Translations under genes and position numbers: made by a program
Notes under the pieces: generated by a model
Database searches by the model: none
Seen by the model: the letters and a program-made list of their open reading frames with translations, nothing else
Told to the model about the DNA's origin: nothing
In this document: positions 11,911 to 33,885 of the stretch, piece by piece
How positions within the stretch are numbered: the stretch's first letter is position 1
How the letters are laid out: every line of letters begins with the position of its first letter
Source of the DNA: the human T2T-CHM13v2.0 reference genome, Homo sapiens
Length of the DNA stretch: 64,000 nt
Reading direction: 5' to 3' (one strand)
NCBI RefSeq assembly: GCF_009914755.1
Contig: NC_060942.1

Positions 11911-14111
11911 TGTGAAATTGAAAAAGATGTTTACTTCCACGTGCTTGAATCTTGTTATTTTTCTGGATGCTATGTTTCATAGTGAAACAAAATCAATGTC
12001 ACCATCCCTCAGTAGTGGAAGGGAGTGTATCTTCTATGTTTTTATAATTTTTTGTCATTTTTTTCTTTTTTCTTTCTGGACCATTATGCATGACTGAATA
12101 ATTCAGCTGTTATTTCAAATGTATCTGATCACAAAAACATTTGTGCCAGCAGTTTCTAGCATGGTTTGATCAATTAGCATGAGACATTTTTGCAAACCTA
12201 TAACTGAATCACAGTAGCAGCTCTTTATCATCAAATTACTTGCTCTTCTGAGGACTGGTCAGTTTGAGAAACATTCAAATAAAAGACATGTGCACTTTCA
12301 TGATGCTTGGTTTCATGATACTTACCCAGCATCTCAATACCTTTGTCTTGGCCAAGTTAAAATGAACTCTCTTAGGCCAGTGTAGACCTGCTTTCTCCTC
12401 TACAGGAAGGTGGATGGATCTTCCGTGCTTCTGGTCTAGTTCTTCCTGGATCATACTTTGTTCATTGTCCCTCACTCTAATATTTCTTAAACTTTTCTGT
12501 TTTCGAATATTTCCTAACAGCTGTCTCTTCCCTTCATATTTTCTAACAACTGTCTCTTTCCTTATAATTATTTTAAATTGTATTGCATATTTACAATTTC
12601 TTCCTCTGATCTGTTTCAATTTTATAGAACTTTCTAAAGTTGCAGATTGCCAATCAAATACTGACCAATGCTGGAAAAATATTGTGGTGCAACATCTGAA
12701 AATATTCTGCACCAGTCACCCAATGCTTAAAATCAGTAGACATGCATCGGTATTTGATGTTTTGCTGAAGCAGAGGTAAAACCGCTACTGTCTTGCCTTT
12801 AACTGATGTTATGAAAAGTCTTCATTATTGACCATATGAAAAGTCATTATTAAATTCCAGATATGTAGCCATTTTCTACAGATTGTGCCAGCCCTTTTCA
12901 CATATTCTTGAGATATCATTAGCAGTAACAGAGGCTTACATTCTGACAATCTTTGGGACCAAAAGTCATTGTAATAGGTCAAAGGAGAGGCAGCCACCCT
13001 TGGTCTTGTCATAATACAAGCCATCCTGGGCCCTTGAAATGAGAGAATTGAAATGTTAACTATAATAAGAACATCATAAGAGTGGACTTTGATGATGTGT
13101 GGGACTGAAGAGTCCAAGGCACATCTATCAGGCTTCTGAGTATATACCGATAGAAAATGAAAGGTTGGCCTATCTAGATAAAACTTATGTTTCCGAAACA
13201 TTTGAAACTGGTAGTATCTTCTCCCCCATTTACAGCATGACATGTTTTATATGATGTTTAGTTGACATACAATGATAGTAAATAAAATACCAGACATTTA
13301 TAGTAAGACTCACTCAGAAATTTTTAATTTTTTATCAGGAAGACAATAAATATATCACTTTACTTTTCCTTTCCTCTATGTTTTTACTCTAGAGAATGAA
13401 AAACAAACAAACCAAAAAAAAGTGGGGGGTTTTAAATAGCCAGTAATTACTTGGATATTTCTGTGCTATTATTTCTTCAGATTGAGGTCTATTGAAATAA
13501 TTTCGTTAAATGTAGAATAAAACTAAATTGCAACAATATTTTTCTCTTGGAAAATTATTCTTTTTCTCTAATACCAGTTGGTAACTTTTCATTACCTGAC
13601 ACCTCAAATAGGGCATTCTGCAAAAAGGCATTTTTTAATTGGCACTTTGAGGCCTACATTCAGTATATTGTTTGAATGGTCAGGGAAGAATAGAAAGCTT
13701 TTCTTTTCAAAATTAAGTTATTTTGTGGAACAGTATAGCTTGGCTTCAGATTTATTTATGTCATATATGTACATTAGAAATATATACCTTTTACAGTTAT
13801 GTATTCATATCAAATGCATTTAATGAAAGTTTTTTTAATATGCAGCTTTTGACAATCAATTTATTTCCCGTTGACCTAATTCAGACTGAGTAACATATTT
13901 TATAGTGCAAAGTTATAATTGCCAGCAGTTAGTTTTGTTTTGTTTTGTTTTGTTTTCAGTATTAAGGGGGAGTTTTGTCAACATTGGAATCCAAGGAAAT
14001 TTTGGAAAATCTGAGTTAGAAAACAGATTTTATGCTCTGCATCTGGATATAGTAGAAAACCTACTGTTTTGTTTACTTGTTTTCAAGAAAAATACATATA
14101 TAGAAATTTTA

Positions 14112-17193
<3,082 letters not shown>

Positions 17194-19089
17194 TTTGGCA
17201 TTGATAGTCTGTGCTCACCAAAATTTAAAATTATTTCAGCAAACTCTTCTTTGTGGACATCATTATCTATCAAATTTAGAGGAATATAAATATCCCATAT
17301 TCCTTCTCAACCTTCTTAAAAATTATATCATTTTAACATCCTTTTATTTCCAATATCCCCTTTCTCTATGTCTTTTTCATCTTCTCAGCTCTTGCACCCA
17401 CAATACAACAATGCATGTCAGTTTTCCTGATTGAATTACTCTTTATGACAGGGAAGAGAGAAATCCCCATGATCCATTCCACAATTTTGAATCTCTGGTA
17501 CCAGTTGATCTGTACTTCATGGCAGGAACTACACCATCCCCTGTTTCTATCCTCTTGAAGATTAATTTTTATGTGCACTCCTGTGTATATGTGTATGCTT
17601 GTGTTAATTCTCTTCAGATGAAATTCATTTATTTTTGCCAATCCGATATCTCTAAAGCAGAAGACAGAAATTTTCACAGCTCAATGAATGCAAAGTAATA
17701 ATTACATATGTGAATATTAAAGAATTACAGAACTAATTATTACTCTTCCAAGCATAGACAATTGGAGGCAGAGGTAAAAACTCAGGAAACCCAGATATAG
17801 GGCTTAAAATAGTTAGACATTATAGTCATCCAAAGGGCAGCTCCTCTGTAAGATCAGACAGACATCCCTGTTCCTGCCCTTTGTTTCACTGATGTGCATC
17901 ACTGTCTGAAAGGACACCCTGTGCTGGAAAGCCTAGGCAGAGGTTGTCTAGCAAATTCTTGTGTCTTCATACTATGCTGCATCTACTGAAATATGCTCCT
18001 TGAAGCAAATATTTAGGAAAAGATTTACTTTTATGTTTTAGGACAGCACATTCTACTTACAGCTTACTGAGACTGAGCCTCAGAAAATGTTTTATAGTGT
18101 CTGAGTAGAATCCTCTTGTTATAGAAAATAACAGTCTTCTGCCTAGACATATCCCATACGGAAACCAATAACAGTTGATCTTTTATTAATCATGTTACAT
18201 TTTTCAGACTACTGTTTCAAATATTTTTACAAGGCCACAAAAGCCTCAGAACAAAAATGAGCACATAGTTGCCAAGGTACATTCCTGGGCAAGTGGCCAG
18301 AGGGGCAACCAGGTAACCCCAGCCAGACATTTTGTGATGATATGTGACATCATCTAAACCATTTATCCCCCTTTTGTTTGTGCTTTGCTCATTCGCTAGT
18401 CATTGTCTGACATTTACTACCTTTTTCTCCTCCATTGATCTATATTTAGAACAAAGCCCTCTGAGCAGGCACTGCAGGCTCTAGTAAAAATAATTTTTCT
18501 TTTACTCATAAGGTGAACTTCACCCCCAGCTATGAGCTCGTAATTCTGACATGCAATTCCATTATCCAGGAATTCAGATGCTGTTTATTGATACCATCTG
18601 CACATTCATTGTTCACATGTTAGGTTATTTTCTCAACTCCTAACTCTCAGTAAGACTATGTGATGACAGTGCCATCTGTGCTGCCAAGTTTTTCATCTTC
18701 TTACCAAAGAGGGTACACTCTTAAGGTGTGGTTCATGTCAGTATGGGTCGATAGAAGTGCTATGTGGAGAACAACATGGATGTGTCATTGAGAAAGGTGA
18801 CACCAGCCCTAACTGGCAGCAATCCATATTCAGTCATTCAGAAACTATTAATGAGAAATCACGAAACAACATCCCTAGTTTCCTCTTTTAAGGCCCAGGT
18901 TGTCTTAAGCTGCTTTGTTCCCTTGAATTCTTTGTGGATATAGTTTGTAAAGAATCATTCCTTGTTTTCTTTGGACCTGAAGACCAGTCTTTTAAAGCAT
19001 AGGTCTACTCAAACCATTATCTTTCAGATGGTTTCCTGTTTTCCCTGATTTTTCCACATATGGGCCATAAACTGCGTAATACAAAGAGT

Positions 19090-19225
19090 AATAGATTGAG
19101 CTAGAATCCAGGTGTTCTTATTTCTAGTTCTAACACTGTAAATAACTTTGTAGTATTGAGCGCACATTAAACTATCTTTAGGATTCTATTTCCTCGTCTG
19201 AAACACTAGCGTAATGGGGTGGTAA
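19090..19225 (+). mobile_element. MIR fragment
   Basis: ctagaatccagg..ttctagttct..ctatttcctcgtctgaaa resembles MIR head and core. Confidence 0.5.
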
Positions 19226-19989
19226 TTGTATAGCATCAGGGTGTCAGTTGACTTTTAAGTAGGAATTTATCTTTTCTCTCTTTTATGTAAGTAAGATACG
19301 AAATGGCATTTAGAAAAATGTTCACTGAGTTTTGAAAAAGAAAACACACTGCTTTGGTTTACTTTGTCTTTTTAAAAAGACAACATTTCACTATGATGTT
19401 GAATTACATTGCATGTTCCCCATAAACACTTAGAAGTTATAATAACGTTATTCATTTAAAACCCCTGCAGAGCTACCATGTAGGTAATATTTAAAGATCA
19501 TTGTTCTGAATCAATGACATAGAATGAGTTACTGAGCTATCAACCGCCTGCATTGGTGACAAACGTAATTGTATATAAATGTTTTATATGATGCACAGAT
19601 ATGAGTATTTGATGAGTACATGCCATTAAATCCAAATATATTTATCATTGCTGTTCTGTGCAAGGATTTCATGTAATTTAAATATTTCCCTTGCATGAGA
19701 TTTTCATTGTAAATATATTGCATTTATAAAGTCTTATTAATTTCACAGGCTCATGGTTTTACTATTTTCCTTATTAAGAAAATTTGCCATTTCCTCATTT
19801 TTCCTCATTATAATAACACTTTAATTCAGAAATTATCACATGAAGGATTTGGAATGATGGCAGACTTTGTTGCGACATTTTGCTTCACACAGCACAGCCT
19901 TGCTTTCTGCAAGAATTGTGCAGTGACAATGCCATGACCTTTAGATACCACACATCTGCCTAGGATAGAAGTATCTTTGTTTTCTTTTA

Positions 19990-20105
19990 TCCCACACTTT
20001 TTTGAACATGTAATATATTCCAGGCCCCAAGATAAGCACTAGAAATACAAAGACAAAAAGGTACAATTGCTGCCTTTCAGTAACTCACTGTTTCATGTGA
20101 GAGGT
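19990..20105 (-). mobile_element. L2 3' fragment
   Basis: ttgaacatgtaatatattccaggc..aagcactagaaatacaaagaca..ctgcctttcagtaactcac. Confidence 0.5.
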
Positions 20106-20129
20106 GGATTCGTCAGGGCAAGATAGTAG

Positions 20130-22415
20130 ATAAAGCATTGGTACGTACCCACCTCCACTTTTTTCAGGTCCCAACATGCAAGTAAAATAAAGGTAAAAAA
20201 GGTAAATAAATAAGTTGACAGCTGAGAGCAGGGTGGGGGCATCAATTAAAGACAGGTTTAAACACATTTCTGACAGACAAAAAGAGATGAATGCGTGAGT
20301 CATTAATCCAAGAACAGAAAGACAAAACCTAGAACACTTGAAAAGAAAGTTGCAGCTAATGAAAAGCGGACTTATTCAGCAGAACCCCCAAGAAGATGCA
20401 GACTAAGAAATGCCAATGCTTTGATGGGTACAAGGAAGAAATAGGACTAAGACAAGACAAATAATGGAGGACTTACATGGCAGAGGTAAATCACCCACAT
20501 CTCTTTCTCCAACTCCTTATGCTCGATGCTCAGCATTGAAGCCCTTTACCCCAGGGACAAATACAAGTTTGACAAAGCCATCTGAGGAAAATAAGGTTGG
20601 TTAATTTAAGTAACAGAGACCTAGAGTGAAGTCTTCTTTGTACTTTCTTGTCCTGTTATATATGAGTCCTGCAGCATAAGATTCACCCCCATGATTTCTT
20701 TCTCTAAAGCATTTTGTGCTGGACACAGTCTCTCTGTCAATCTTCTTAGATCCTTATCGTTAAGTATGGTTTGACTACCATGACTCACCGTAAGTTCATA
20801 AAGGTACTGCAACATGAAATAGAATGATGAAGATATATTAAGTAAAAACTAATCCTGAGTAAATAAAGGGTAATATAGGAAACCAAAATAATGTTTAAAA
20901 GTCTCCTCAGGCGGATTTGAGGTTTTGGCCATGAGAATTAGAAAAAGAAAGAAAGAAAGTAAGAAAAAAATAAAGAGAAAGGGAAGGAAGGAAGGAAGGA
21001 AGGGAGGGAGGGAGGGAGGGAGGGAAGGAGGGAGGAAGGGAGAGAGGGAAGGAGGGAGGTTAATGAGGAGAAAAAATCTTGGAAGTTAAAGTCATTATTG
21101 AAACAACATATTAAATAGGAAAGTTGGAAAATAAATATGAAGTTAATTGCTCATTTAATATAACTACAATAAAAATAAAGGAATATGGAAGAGAAAAAAA
21201 TATAGTTCAGGATGGCTAACACTTGGCTAAAAGAAGTTATTGGTAAAAAGCATGAAGAGAACAAAGATGAAATGATCAAAGACATAGTACCAAAAATTCT
21301 TTAAAAGCTAAAAAGAGAAACCAACCTAACTTAAAAGGCTTTCCATGTACTATACCTTAAAATATTTAGTCACATCATTGTGAAACATAAGAAAAAAATC
21401 CTAAAATCACCTGTAAATGACATATAATCAGACTATCATTCATTTAGCATTATAGATAAAAACGGAAACGTGCTTTCAAAATTCTCAGCAGAAATGATTT
21501 TCGATGTAGACTTACATACTCATGAATACTTTCACTAAAATGTTAGGAATGAATAAAATACTTTGAAATCTGAAAGAACTCAGGAAGTATGTTTGAAAAA
21601 AATTTCCTTAGGAAATTAATTGTGGTCATATTCCAGCAAATTAAATGAGTAAGAAAGGAAAATGTGAAAATCGGGAAATAAATACAAGAGAACAAGATAA
21701 GCTCTGACATGTCACTTTGTAATTGACCTATTGTCTAGTTTAGATCAGAAGGACCATAACAGAATATAAATATATCAGCATATCACAAAGGAGAAGATGT
21801 AATCAACACACTACCTGGCCCTATTCTAAACTCTAATTTACATTTGCACTATACTTTTATGATAAACCTGTAGACAGATTATGAGATAATTAACTTTGCT
21901 TTAAGATAAGGATATAAAAGCAAAAATACAGGGAGTTAATAAAGATAAGTTGGAGGAAATGGGTGCACCAATGCCCTCATCTTAGAAAGGGGGTGTCAAG
22001 GCATAAAAATTAAGGTTCATAGACCATAAATAATCACTTGAATTTGCAGATGGGAACAGTGAAGATAGAAACAGAGAATTATGAGATAACTATTGGGAGT
22101 GCGGAGTGGATATATGGGTGGTGAGTTAAAAGCCTGGCCTTTTAGAGTGAGATATTAATAGATAATGGGTAAATTTGAAAAATCTGCAAGAAAGTTTACT
22201 TTTTACTTTTTTGGGGTGTGTTACTGTTGATAATTCTCAGGGTATTCATTGACAAATTAAATGTAGAAATCTTTGTAAATTGTTGCTTCTGGATAAGGGA
22301 GCTGGGTCTGAGGAATATTGAGGTGTTTATGTTAACTTCATTGCACACCCTTTGGTAGTATTTAGGTATTTTTTTAATTTTATGTGTTATTTTAATAAAA
22401 AGTAAATAAAATAAT
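20130..22415 (+). mobile_element. HAL1 / ancient L1 ORF1-type element
   Basis: Degenerate ORF1-like A-rich sequence (cacatcattgtgaaa, aatcagact, gctttcaaaattctca..gaaatgatttt, aagaactcaggaag) followed directly by a 3'UTR ending aataaaaag, with no ORF2. Confidence 0.5.
20941..21059. repeat. Polypurine tract (GAAA)n(GGAA)n(GGGA)n
   Basis: Uninterrupted purines 20972-21059. Confidence 0.9.
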
Positions 22416-24464
22416 TGCTGTGTGAAAAATGCTAGGATATTGATGTCTACGCAAGTGTTTGTGTAAGAACATTCAGAGAGTGATGGTCAATTCCAATTGT
22501 TCTCGCTCCATATCCATTTTAGTAAACTATTTAAAATGCCAGGTCATGGATTTGGGTTTTTGCTTGGGGGAGGCTAATGAACTTGCTCAAATGCATTTGG
22601 TCTAGGGATATATTTACACACTGATCAATGCAATTTAATAAGTCTTATTGTTCATTTACCTCTCTTATGGGAATATCATTGTTTAATTTCCTTTTAATTG
22701 ACTATTATTCATTATTTATCATTTATTAATACTTGTGTGACTTTATTGTTGGCTTTAATTTCCCTTCTAGTAATAATTTTCTTCAATTAGATTTATTTCA
22801 ACGGCTTTACACACTATTTTCCTGGATAAATTTAAGGAGAGATTTAAATTTTAATGCAAAGTTATCATCCTTAATGCCATTTCAAACATGCTGGTCCATG
22901 CTCTAACCAAATGCTCCTGAGATAAAGTTCAATTATTTTATTGATCAAATGTATTAATGCATTGATGTTAAGTAATTAAATAACTAATGCAGGATATCTC
23001 TATGTAGAGGAACCACACAGCTGGAGTTTGTAGATAAGATCCAAAATATTGCTATTTCTCTGACTACCTAATGCTTTAAGGTTCATACTTTAGCAACTCT
23101 TCTTTTAAGCACTTTGTCTACATGGGTAATGCCTACCTCCTATTCATACTTTAAAAATTAATTACAACTTTTTAGGAATCATGTGTTTCATAATTGGTTA
23201 AGTAGAGAATCATAGATGTGAGCCCTATTTCAATGTCTTTGTAAGCTAAAGATTAAAGATAAAGGATAAGTCCCTACAGAATAACTGTTATCTTAGTTTC
23301 TGGTCTTGTCTGATGTCTAAAACAACTACTCTGCTATACCTTTCTTAAAGTGATCATTAATTATACTATCTAATTCTAAGTCTTTTAAATTTAGGGTACT
23401 TGTTTTTAAGATTCATTAAAGCTTTTGCAGTGGTAAAACACTGCAAAAGGGATCTAATATGAAATAGAACTTATTTTTAGATTCGGGTGCATGAGAATAA
23501 AGATGTTTTAAGATAGTTGGCAGATTTGGCATCTTCACTGGTAAAATGTGTTTTTATTTCTATATAATTACAAAAAATATGTAATTTATCCTTTCAAGCA
23601 GAGACTATAGCTGGAGATTGGAGCATAGCCAAAGTGTTGAAAATCTTGCAGAAGGGAGTGAAGGGTAATCCAAAAATTATACACTGGCAACTCTCACCTC
23701 TGCACCTGGAAAGCTAGTTTGAAAGATCTTGGAAGGTGGAACACAAATCATCTGGGTGAGCAAAACTCTTTAGGAATAAATCAGCCTGAGCTTTGCAAAT
23801 GTAAATCATTCCCTCTCTGCCTTGAAAGGATACTTTATGATGCTTAACGCAGAGTAAATAAAGGAGGTTTGCCAGATGTATTCAATTTAGACTTTCAATG
23901 CCTCTTAAAAGAGATATTTTTATCCTGAGTATCACCTGACAGTGGGAATCTGTACCTACATTTAGAGAACACACAAGAAGCTTTTTTGCCATCTGGCCTA
24001 TCTATGGTCCAACTTTACCAGAGACCACAGAGTTAGCTTCTGCCCCTGGACAAATCCATTTTTTGTTGCATGTCAATTCCCAAGAACCTGTAAATTCTTG
24101 GCAACAGAAGGAGAGGGAAAGTTCTGTTCATGATTAAAAACTGGATTAATTACAAAAGGCAGGATTGTGAATATTGTCTTGCTGCTGTAAAAAAAAAAAG
24201 AACTGTCTGCTTATTGGAACAGAGTCAAATATTTAATTCATTATTTAGAATAGAGGGAGGTGAGCTTTTTATGTTGAATTGCTAGGGACAAACACTTAGA
24301 GGAGATGAAGAATCCTGAGAAACTAATGCAAAGAGAGTAGACATACATGCACCCTCCCCTACTCCCTGTGACCCGTATTCTTGTCTATAGGAATATGAAA
24401 AAAAGAAAACATTTATGAATTAGTACCTTTCTTTAACTGATTCATGATCTAATTAAGAAGCTAC

Positions 24465-24892
<428 letters not shown>

Positions 24893-25269
24893 TCAGTGCA
24901 GGTGTGATTTGTTCCTAAAAAGGGGTGCATGCCAGAGATTGGGTAAGACATTTGTCCAGGGTGGAAAATGTGGGCAAGGAAGACAGAAAAATTCAAAGTG
25001 ATTTGTGCAGTATTTCATAGCCCACATAGCTAGTTAAGTACTATGATTAGCCAAATGTCTCCATTAATGTTTGTTGAATGGGAAACAACCATGATCAAAG
25101 CAAACTTTTGAATATATTTGTTACATATTATACAATATATGAAGAATGAGTCACATTCATGAGTGAGAGGCCTGAGATGCAAAAGGGTTGGAATGAGCCA
25201 GGTTTTGAACACTTACTCTGTTGAATAAAGATAACTTTTCTAAGGTAATTTATATGAATAATAAATATG

Positions 25270-26340
25270 AATCAAATGCAAACACACAAGTCCTTTTTAA
25301 AAACACAATGGAACTAGACAAGCTAAATCAATGTAAACTTCCAAGGAAAAATAAATAAGAAAGTACAGAAGGAAAACTTAGAAAGAAAGCACAGAAGATA
25401 AACTAGCCTTTCAGGATTTCAATGCACAGAAGATAAACTAGCCCTTCAAGATTGATGCTTTCAATAAGTAAAACAGTATACTACTAACACATGAAGAAAA
25501 AGAAAGTCCAATGGGAAAGAATAGAAAACTCAGAAACAAACTGACTTTATCAATAGATTAGGCAATAAATGATGTGGAAACAAGTAGAAAATCGTGTGAT
25601 AAGAATATTAATTAGCATTAACACATCACATCAACTACCAGGATATAGTCCAACTGGCTACAACATTCAAATATATAAAATAAAGACATAAATATAGCTG
25701 AAGAAAATACAGAATTATTTTATCACCTCAAGTGGAAGGAGACTTTCTTATACTATTTCAAATTCTAATACACAAAATATTTTTTAAATTGTTAAATTCA
25801 ACTCCATAAAAATAAATAAATCTATACCACAAAAAAATCATAAGCAAAGCTAAAATAATAATAATCCAGAAAACCATCCACTACTCATATAAGAGACAAA
25901 TTACCATATTCTTAATACATAAAGAGCTCATATGACTAGATAAGGAAAAGATCGACACAGTCATAGAGAACTATGTAACACAATAAAGACATTGTTTACA
26001 GAATAGAAAGTAATATGACCTTTAAAGATTAACAAAATATTCAACTTTGTTCATAATTAGAAAAACACAAACTAAGCCTTTACTGATTCTTTTACCTTTC
26101 TATTTGGCAAAAATTCAATTTTACTGATTTGCTGAGTTGCAGCAGTGCTGGTGGCAGTGTAAGAGACCCTATCGCTATGGGTAGAATTAGCAACATACTA
26201 AATGTATAAATGCATCTACTCTTCAACCCAATAATTCCATTCTTTGGACTTTATCCAAAAGATACACTTTTACCCATTTGAAATGCTATATGTGCAGGGG
26301 TATTCAAACAGCATTTACAACATCAAAATAGAAGTAACAC
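25270..26340 (+). mobile_element. Ancient L1 (L1ME-type) ORF2 3' region
   Basis: gaactagacaagct, ccaatgggaaagaatagaaaactcagaaac, catataagagacaaa, cttcaacccaataattccattctttggactttatcc. Confidence 0.65.
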
Positions 26341-28344
26341 TTTTATGTTACTGTCTTCAATAAATGAAAAACTTCCAAATACATTTATATAAAAAATTTT
26401 TTTTCAAGTAAAGGAATGACAGAACGATTTCATCTTTTGTACCAGAAGAGAGCATTACCAAAAATTTTAACCCATTCACCCACCAAATAAAGTTAAATCC
26501 CATCATTTTGCCATGAAGTAAAAATAAGACAAGGGGGAGAAACATTAGTGAACATGTAGAATTGTTCAGGAATCAAAATCCCTTAAAGGTTGACTTAAGT
26601 AGTAAACTATTTTGCAAACTTCAGGGAATATTAAAATCATAATAATAAACGCTAACATCCTGTAATATTCCAAAATATACTTTTCTCTCTCTCCAAGTAC
26701 ACCTATGTACTGCTGTTAAGCCCAGCACGTGTAGCTGTCAGGCAGGAGAAACCCTATTCATTGTGAATCAAATAAAATGCTGTCTGCTACAAAAAGAAAA
26801 GTGTTTTCCCTACTCTTGAGACTGCTTTCCAATTTTAAGAATGTATGAGACTTCTGTTTTAAAAATAGAATTTGACTCTTCATTTCAATTAATAACTGTA
26901 TAATTATTTTCAGAGACTTGATCTTTATGAGGAAGCAGACATATTTGCAAAAAAAAAAAAGTAAATAAAAATTAGCAGTGTTAAAGGATAAAGGCAAGAA
27001 ACCTCAATGCTAAATATTCAACTCCCACATTGGCACCTTTACCTCAGCCTTCTGTCAGAAACAGTGTAAGTGATGGAAAAATGAAAAAGTAACATGTAGC
27101 GGCCTTGTTTTCAAAGTTGGAATTACTGGTGACTGACAAAGGAATCTACCATCTATGTCTGCTTGTCACTCTGGGAGTCAGCTGTTACTGGAAGAATAAT
27201 GGATGTCCAACTTCTGATATGCCTTTCTTACCAAAGATGTGGATAACTATATTTCTGAATAATCATCAGCTCTTCTGTCATAAGTGATCATATTTCCACA
27301 TTCAAGTTTGTTTTGTTTTTTCTTTCCCAAATTATCATGTGCCTGGAGAGTCATAGAATGGTCTCTCATGAATTCAAAGACACAGATTGTTTACTGTGAG
27401 GTTTAAGAAATTTACATGAATAATTTAGGTAATCATCTTACCCTTTTCCTCTGAAGCAATTGAGAAACAAGCACAGGAGTCAAATGAATATTCAAAAATT
27501 AAGTTTTAAAAACCAATAAAACCTGGATTGGAAGATGAAACTCAGCCCCAGACTGGAACCATATTTCTACTTCCTCCCCATCCCTTGTCCACAATGTTCC
27601 TTCTGCATCCAGAATCCAGGGGTGATGGCTGCAGTGCAAAACATACACTAGAAGATGACTTCATAATAGAGTGGTAAATATATAGTTAAGGATCCCAGAA
27701 AAAAAAGAAACTAGGGAACACAGTTTTTTACTCACTGGATAAATGAGTCTTCCTTTGGAAAAAATGAGTCAGAGAAGCCAGAGTGGGAGTATGAGATCCT
27801 GAATCCTGAGTCACTCTTGAGTGACTCAAGCCAACAGCAGAACACTATTAAAGTGCAAATATACGCTCTCAATTAAAAGCAACCACTTTTAATTCATCAG
27901 CATCTTCTCAAAGATAACAGCAGATGATCCAGCTGATACAAAGAACTACTGTCAAAACTATAATACTCAGAATTGAAAATTTCAGATGAAAAAATTGGAA
28001 TATAGAAGGTATGGTGAGGTATAGGAGAAGCAGGTCCATGTGAGGGTCATAGTTCAGGGTTTCTGGTGTCTGTGCTGCTGCATTATAATTCTGGATTTGA
28101 ACACAAACTTCAGCTACCATTTTGCTTTTTGCTAATCAACTTTCTAAGATAAAGACAGCAACATCTAACATCTGTATTATACTATCATCTAGAATTAGCA
28201 AGGTATACTATTTCTCTTCTACTTTTCTTTTGAGGCCACTTTATTGAGTTGCTAGTGCAAACTGTACAGGATATATTAATTTTTACCTTTAGTGGCATTA
28301 TAAACAACCTCACCTACACTCAATATTAACACTGAACATAAACA

Positions 28345-28460
28345 TTTGCTGACCACATCTAATTGTACTAAGCATCATACCTTAGCCACTTGGCAGATAT
28401 TACTGCATTTACTATTCATAACTTTATGAGGTATCATTAAACCATTTTACATAAGACTCT
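28345..28460 (-). mobile_element. MIR fragment
   Basis: catttactattcataactttatgaggtatcattaaaccattttacata matches antisense MIR. Confidence 0.5.
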
Positions 28461-29249
28461 GTTTCTATCTGAGAGTAAAACTTTTTCTATTGGGTGCAAT
28501 CCCTTAAACAACTAAATAATCACCCAGGCAATAAGATAAGTGAACTTATTCAACATTTGATACTACTGAACACTGTATTTATCAAATCACTTTCTTTTCC
28601 TATCAAGAGAGAACTTTGTATTAATTCAGCTAGCACCCATGGACCCAGCAGTGGGCACCTACCTAAGGAAAACAGCAGTGAACAAGGCTCATGCTAGACT
28701 TCCTGTCAAGCCACCATCTAGGTGGCAATTGGTTGACTTGACACAGCTGAATTTTCTATTTTTTCTCAGAAGGCTAATAGACCTAGTAAGAAATGATGGA
28801 GTGTTAAGAATGTAAGAACCCGAAATCTAATAGAGCAAATGGTCTCCTCCAGGAAAGTATTATTTACTCATATCCGTATTACCTAGAAGTGGCAGAAAAG
28901 AACTGGAAGGGAAGATTGCTATGGATTACTGTATACTCCGCTAAGCATTCTCTGTGAATGAACTGCATTCTTGAGTGAATCACCACTGGCATTATTGAAT
29001 AGTTTGAATTCCAGGGCTCTGAGCTACAATTTGGATGTTCCACAAACAGTGAGATACTGGAAAACTAATATGAACTCATTAGATTATGAGAAACTGAAAT
29101 GAACAAAAGGAAAAATTTTTATTAACAGTCCAACATTAGTGAATTGGTCTTTATTTGCATTTTGTTGTTGCACCAATAGGGGATTTTTGACAGTTGTACT
29201 TTCATCAATTGGCTGAGAAAAATAATTTTTAAAAGATATTTAAAATGTA

Positions 29250-33885
<4,636 letters not shown>

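Noticed and set aside
18292-18310. CTCF-like tggccagaggggca
   Set aside because: Spacing does not fit the CTCF core
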